The notes below the pieces were generated by a model that ran no database searches, was not told where the DNA came from, and saw only the letters and a program-made list of their open reading frames with translations. Shown here in pieces: positions 57,201 to 64,000 of a stretch of DNA of 64,000 nt. Numbering within the stretch: position 1 is the first letter of the stretch; the number at the start of each line of letters is the position of its first letter. The translations under genes and the position numbers were made by a program. This DNA comes from the human T2T-CHM13v2.0 reference genome, Homo sapiens, in NCBI RefSeq assembly GCF_009914755.1, contig NC_060933.1. One strand, written 5' to 3'.

Positions 57201-58700
57201 CATTCCATTCCCCTGCACTCGCGTTGATTCCAGTGCATTCCATTCCATTCTATTAGATTCCATTCCATTCCATTCCTTTCCGTTCCATTCCATTCCATTC
57301 CATTCCATTCCATTCCGTTGCGTTCCGTTCCGTTCCATTCCATTCCAAATCCATTCTATTCGGGTTATTTCCATTCCATTCCATTGGATTGCAATCGAGT
57401 TGATTCCATTCCATTCCATTCCATTCCATTCCATTGCATTCCATTCCATTCCATTCCCCTGCACTCGCGTTGATTCCATTCCATTCCATACCATTCCATT
57501 CCATTCCATTCCATTCCATTCCTTTCCGTTCCATTCCATTCCATTCCATTCCATTCCGTTCCATTCCGTTCCATTCCATTCCATTCCATTCTATTCGGGT
57601 TAATTCCATTCCATTCCATTCGATTGCAATCGAGTTGATTCCATTCCATTCCATTCAATTCCATTCCTTTCCATTCCATTACGGATGATTCCATTCCATT
57701 GCATTCCATTCTATTCCATTCCCCTGTACTCGGGTTCATTCCATTCCATTCCATTCCAATCCATGCCTTTCCACTCGTGTTGATTCCATTCCTTCCATTC
57801 CATTCAAGTTGAATCCATTCCATTGCATTCCATTCCATTCCATTCCATTCCCCTGCAGTCGGGTTGATTCCATTCCATTCCATTCCATTCCATTCCATTC
57901 CATTCCATTCCGTTCCGTTCCGTTCCGTTCCGTTCCGTTCCATTCCATTCCATTCCATTTTATTCGGGTTAATTCCATTCCATTCCATTCCATTCCATTC
58001 CATTCCAGTCGAGTTGATTCCATTCCATTCCATTCCATTCCATTCCACTCCATTCCAGTCCTTTCCATTCCATTCCACTCGGGTTGATTCCAATGTATTC
58101 CTTTCCATTCCATTCCATTCCATTGCAATCGAGTTGATTCCATTGCTTTGCATTCCATTCCATTCCATTCCATTCCGGATGATTCCATTCCATTGCATTC
58201 CATTCCATTCCATTCCCCTGCACTCGGGTTGATTCCATTCCATTCCACTCCATTCCGTTCCATTCCATTCCATTCCATTGTATTCGGGTTAATTCCATTC
58301 CATTCCATTCCATTCCATTCCATTACAATCGAGTTGATTCCACTCCATTCCATTCCATTCCAGTCCTTTACATTCCATTCCACTCGGGTTGATTCCATTC
58401 TATTAGTTTCCATTCCATTCCATTCCCATCCATTCCACTCTGGTTGATTCCATTCCTTTCCATTCCACTCGAATACATTCCCTCCTATTCCACTCGGAAC
58501 GATTCCATTCCATTCCATTCCATTCCATTCCATTGCATTTCGTTCCATTCCATTCTATTCCGTATCATTCCATTCCATTCCATTCCATTCCATTCCACTC
58601 GTGTTGATTCCATTCCTTTCCATTCCATTCGGTTTGAAGGCATTCCATTCCATTCCATTCCATTCCATTCCATTGTACTCGGGTTGATTGCATTCCATTG
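48220..58700 (+). repeat. Quasi-tandem 2.8-3.5 kb units; best pair ~48800-50390 vs ~51630-53230 (offset 2816-2836)
   Basis: CTCGAATAC marker at 48837, 51653, 54927, 58468. Near-identical translations 49342/52178 and 49737/52573. Shared variants ATTCGGATTAA, CCTCTGCAC and GAATCCTTTCC. Confidence 0.75.
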
Positions 58701-59889
58701 CATTCCATTCCATTCCATTCAATTCCATTCCGTTGCATTCCATTCCATTACATTCGGATTGATTCTATTCAACTCCCTTACTCTCCATTACATTCCATTC
58801 AATTTGGGTTGTTCCATTCCATTCCATTCCATTCCACTCCATTCCATTGCACTCGGGTTGATTCCATTCCATTCCATTCCATTCCATTCCATTCCATTCC
58901 GGATGATTCCATTCCATTGCATTCCGTTCCATTACATTCCCCTGCACTCGCGATGATTCCATTCCATTCCATTCAATTCCATTCCATTACAATTCGTTAC
59001 ATTCCATTCTATTCCGTACCATTCCATTCCATTCCATACCATTCCATTCCATTCCATTCCATTCCATTCCATTCCATTCCGTTCCATTCAGTTCCATTGC
59101 ATTCCATTCCATTCTATTCGGGTTAATTCCATTCCATTCCATTCCATTCCATTCCATTACATTACATTCGGATTGATTCTATTCAATTCCCTTACACTCC
59201 ATTACATTCCATTCCATTCGGGTAGTTTCCATTCCATTCCATTCCATTCCTCTCCATTCCATTGCACTCGGGTTGATTCCATTCCATTGCATTCCATTCC
59301 ATTCCATTCAATTCCATTCCGTTCCATTCCATTCCATTACATTCGGATAGATTCTATTCAACTCCCTTACTCTCCATTACATTCCATTCCATTCGGGTTG
59401 TTCCATAACATTCCATTCCATTCCACTCCATTCCATTGCACTTGGGTTTATTCCATTCCATTCCATTCCATTCCATTCCATTCCATTCCATTCCGGAAGA
59501 TTCCATTCCATTGCGTTCCATTCCATTCCATTCCCCTGCACTCACGTTGATTCCATTCCATTCCATTCCATTCCATTCCATTCCATTCCATTCCTTTCCG
59601 TTCCATTCCATTCCATTCCATTCCATTCCATTCCGTTTCGTTCCGTTCCGTTCCATTCCATTCCATTCCATTCTATTCGGCTTAATTCCATTCCATTCCA
59701 TTCGACTGCAATCGAGTTGATTCCATTCCATTCCATTCCATTCCATTCCATTCCATTCCGTTCCTTTCCATTCCATTACGGATGATTCCATTCCATTGCA
59801 TTCCATTCCATTCCATTCCCCTGTACTCGGGTTGATTCCATTCCATTCCATTCCAATCCATGCCATTCCACTCGTGTTGATTCCATTCT

Positions 59890-62800
59890 TTCCATTCCAT
59901 TCAAGTTGAATCCATTCCATTGCATTCCATTCCATTCCATTCCCCTGCAGTCGGGTTGATTCCATTCCATTCCATTCCATTCCATTCCATTCCGTTCCGT
60001 TCCGTTCTGTTCCATTCCATTCCATTCCATTCCATTCTATTCGGGTTAATTCCATTCCATTCCATTCCATTCCATTCCATTCCAATCGAGTTGATTCCAT
60101 TCCATTCCATTACATTCCATTCCACTCCATTCCAGTCTTTTCCATTCCATTCCACTCGGGTTGATTCCAACGTATTCCTTTCCATTCCATTCCATTCCAT
60201 TGCAATCGAGTTGATTCCATTGCTCTGCATTCCATTCCATTCCATTCCATTCCGGATGATTCCATTCCATTGCATTCCATTCCATTCCATTCCCCTGCAC
60301 TCGGGTTGATTCCAATCCATTCCACTCCATTCCGTTCCATTCCATTCCATTCCATTCCATCACAATCGAGTTGGTTCCATTCCATTCCATTCCATTCCAT
60401 TCCATTCCATTCCATTCCGGATGATTCCATTCCATTACATTCCGTTCCATTACATTCCCCTGCACTCGGGTTGATTCCATTCCATTCCATTCCATTCCAT
60501 TCGATTCCATTCCATTCCAATTCTTTCCATTCCATTCTATTCCGTACAATTCCATTCCATTCCATACCATTCCATTCCATTCCATTCCATTCCATTCCGT
60601 TCCGTTCCGTTCCGTTCCGTTCCATTCCATTCCATTCCATTTTATTCGGGTTAATTCCATTCCATTCCATTCCATTCCATTCTATTCCATTCCATTGCAA
60701 TCGAGTTGAATCCATTGCATTCCATTCCATTCCATTCCGGAAGATTCCATTCCATTGCATTCCTTTCCATTCCATTCCGGAAGATTCCATTCCATTGCAT
60801 TCCATTCCATTCCATTCCCCTGCACTCGCGTTGATTCCATTCCATTCCATTCCATTCCATTCCATTCCATTCCGTTCCGTTCCGTTCCATTCCATTCCAT
60901 TCCATTCCTTTCCGTTCCCTTCCGTTCCATTCCATTCCATACTATTCGGGTTAATTCCATTCCATTCCATTCGATTGCAATCCAGTTGATTGCATTCCAT
61001 TCCATTCCATTCCATTCCATTCCATTCCTTTCCATTCCATTACGGATGATTCCATTCCATTACATTACATTCCATTCCATTCCCCTGTACTCGGGTTGAT
61101 TCCATTCCATTCCATTCCATTCCATTCTATTCCATTCCATTCCATTCCATTCCGGAAGATTCCATTCCATTGCATTCCATTCCATTCCATTCCCCTGCAC
61201 TCGCGTTGATTCCATTCCATTCCATTCCATTCCATTCCATTTTCTTCCGTTCCATTCCATTCCATTCCATTCCATTCCATTCCGTTCCGTTCCGTTCCAT
61301 TCCATTCCATTCCATTCTATTCGGGTTAATTCCATTCCATTCCATTCGATTGCAATCGTGTTGATTCCATTCCATTCCATTCCATTCCATTCCATTCCAT
61401 TCCATTCCTTTCCATTCCGTTACGGATGATTCCATTCCATTGCATTCCATTCCATTCCATTCCCCTTTACTCGGGTTGATTCCATTCCATTGCATTCCAA
61501 TCCATGCCCTTCCACTCGTGTTTATTCCATTCTTTCCATTCCATTCAAGTTGAATCCATTCCATTGCATTCCATTCAATTCGATTCCATTCGATTGCACT
61601 CGGGTTGATTCCATTCCATTGCATTCCATTCCATTCCATTCCATTCCATTCCATTCCATTCCGTTCCATTCCATTCCATTACATTCGGATTGATTCTATT
61701 CAATTCCCTTACACTCCATTACATTCCATTCCATTTGGGTAGTTTCCATTCCATTCCATTCCATTCGTCTCCATTCCATTGCACTCGGGTTGATTCCATT
61801 CCATTGCATTCCATTCCATTCCTTTCAATTCCATTCAGTTCCATTCCATTCCATTACATTCGGATTCATTATATTCAACTCCCTTACTCTCCATTACATT
61901 CCATTCCATTCGGGTTGTTCCATTCCATTCCATTCCATTCCACTCCATTCCATTGCACTAGGGTTGATTCCATTCCATTCCATTCCATTCCATTCCATTC
62001 CATTCCGGAAGATTCCATTCCATTGCATTCCATTCCATTCCATTCCCCTGCACTTGCGTTGATTCCATTCCATTCCATTCCATTCCATTCCATTCCATTC
62101 CATTCCATTCCTTTCCGTTCCATTCCATTCCATTCCATTCCATTCCATTCCATTCCGTTCCGTTCCGTTCCGTTCCGCTCGATTCTATTCCATTCCATTC
62201 TATTCGGGTTAAATCCATTCCATTCCATTCGATTGCAATCGAGTTGATTCCATTCCATTCCATTCCATTCCTTTCCATTCCATTACGGATGATTCCATTC
62301 CATTGCATTCCATTCCAATCCATTCCCCTGTACTCGGGTTGATTCCATTCCATTCCATTCCAATCCATGCCATTCCACTCGTGTTGATTCCATTCTTTCC
62401 ATTCCATTCAAGTTGAATCCATTCCATTGCATTCCATTCCATTCTATTCCCCTGCAGTCGGGTTGATTCCTTTCCATTCCATTCCATTCCATTCCATTCC
62501 ATTCCATTCCACTCCGTTCCGTTCCATTCCATTCTATTCCATTCCATTCTATTCGTGTTAATTCCATTCCATTCCATTCCATTCCAATCGAGTTGATTCC
62601 ACTCCATTCCATTCCATTCCATTCCACTCCATTCTAGTCCTTTCCATTCCATTCCACTCGGGTTGATTCCAATGTATTCCTTTCCATTCCATTCCATTCC
62701 ATTGCAATCGAGTTGATTCCATTGCTTTGCATTCCACTCCATTCCATTCCATTCCGGATGATTCCATTCCATTGCATTCCATTCCATTCCATTCCCCTGC

Positions 62801-64000
62801 ACTCGGGTTGATTCCATTCCATTCCACTCCATTCCGTTCCATTCCATTCCATTGCATTGTATTCGGGTTAATTCCATTCCATTCCATTCCATTCCATTCC
62901 ATTCCATCACAATCGGGTTGGTTCCATTCCATTCCATTCCATTCCATTCCACATGATTCCATTCCATTACATTCCGTTCCATTACATTCCCCTGCACTCG
63001 GGTTGATTCCATTCCATTCCATTCCATTCCATTCCATTCGATTCCATTCCATTCCAATTCTTTCCATTCCATTCTCTTCCGTACCATTCCATTCCATTCC
63101 ATACCATTCCATTCCATTCCGTTCCGTTCCGTTCCGTTCCATTCCATTCCATTCCATTCTATTCGGGTTAATTCCATTCCATTCCATTCCATTCCATTCT
63201 ATTCCATTCCATTGCAATCGAGTTGAATCCATTGCATTCCATTCCATTCCATTCCATTCCATTCTGGAAGATTCCATTCCATTGCATTCCATTCCATTCC
63301 ATTCCCCTGCACTCGCGTTGATTCCATTCCATTCCATTCCATTCCGTTCCGTTCCGTTCCGTTCCATTCGATTCCATTCCATTCCGTTCCGTTCCGTTCC
63401 GTTCCATTCCATCCCATTCCATTCTATTCGGGTTAATTCCATTCTATTCCATTCGATTGCAATCGAGTTGATTCCATTCCATTCCATTCCATTACATTCC
63501 ATTCCATTCCTTTCCATTCCATTACGGATGATTCCATTCCACTGCATTACATTCCATTCCATTCCCCTGTACTCGGGTTGATTCCATTCCATTCCATTCC
63601 ATTCCATTCTATTCCATTCCATTCCATTCCATTCCGGAAGATTCCATTCCATTGCATTCCATTCCATTCCATTCCATTCCATTCCGGAAGATTCCATTCC
63701 ATTGCATTCCATTCCATTCCATTCCCCTGCACTCGCGTTGATTCCTTTCCATTCCATTACATTCCATTCCATTCCATTCCGATCCGTTCCATTCCATTCC
63801 ATTCCATTCCATTCCGTTCCGTTCCATTCCATTCCATTCCATTGCATTGTATTCGGGTTAATTCCATTCCATTCCATTCGATTGCAATCGAGTTGATTCC
63901 ATTCCATTCCATTCCATTCCATTCCATTCCATTCCTTTCCATTCCATTACGGATGATTCCATTCCATTGCATTCCATTCCATTCCATTCCCCTGTACTCG
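59890..64000 (+). repeat. Tandem duplication with ~2.5 kb offset (second copy runs off the window)
   Basis: Private variant CATCACAATCG(A/G)GTTGGTTCC at ~60358 and ~62905. CAAGTTGAA at 59902/62409. Same downstream module order. Confidence 0.75.

Larger units (their letters stand above)
1..64000 (+). repeat. Satellite III (HSat3-like) array, (CATTC)n/(GGAAT)n, single orientation
   Basis: Seen directly: the entire window is CATTC pentamers plus single-substitution variants, with interspersed A(C/T)TCGGGTTG decamers and a G-poor + strand. Established knowledge: pure CATTC runs with ACTCGGGTTG/ATTCGGGTTG are the hallmark of classical satellite III, whereas HSat2 is dominated by diverged CATTCGATTC-type units. 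Confidence 0.97.

Noticed and set aside
1-64000. Hundreds of ORFs encoding MEWNG or FHSIP repeats, including 495 aa (18703-20190), 454 aa (62558-63922) and 424 aa (47958-49232)
   Set aside because: A GGAAT/ATTCC pentamer has no stop codon and cycles through all frames, so long overlapping ORFs on both strands are expected. There is no recognisable domain or gene structure.
1-64000. CRISPR-like repeat/spacer reading of the conserved words separated by variable tracts
   Set aside because: The 'spacers' are CATTC runs rather than unique sequence, there are no cas genes, and the context is eukaryotic satellite.
1-64000. HSat2 or Y-chromosome DYZ1 assignment
   Set aside because: CATTCGATTC-type units are rare and pure CATTC dominates, unlike HSat2. 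No regular ~3.6 kb homogeneous period as in DYZ1 is visible. Subfamily is left unassigned without a k-mer search.
1-64000. Inversions or Alu/L1/other insertions
   Set aside because: No GGAAT-oriented tract, poly-A tail or non-pentameric stretch was seen anywhere.

Overview
The whole 64 kb window is one uninterrupted array of classical satellite III type DNA (HSat3-like, human or great-ape pericentromeric heterochromatin). It consists of (CATTC)n on the + strand, i.e. (GGAAT)n on the - strand, broken up by recurrent variant words such as ACTCGGGTTG, ATTCGGGTTA, CCGGATGA, CCGGAAGA and TCGATTGCAATCGA. I see no genes, transposon insertions, inversions or unique sequence. The ORF track is an artefact: a stop-free pentamer reads as MEWNG or FHSIP in every frame. 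I found no new protein-coding system. The notable signal is a hidden hierarchy: pentamer, an invariant 175-bp sub-module, a ~0.81-0.91 kb monomer, local 2.5-4.2 kb duplications, a degenerate ~6-6.5 kb period in the centre, and a ~39 kb-offset paralogous block. All counts and coordinates were read by eye and boundaries are approximate. Chromosome and HSat3 subfamily cannot be assigned from the sequence alone.
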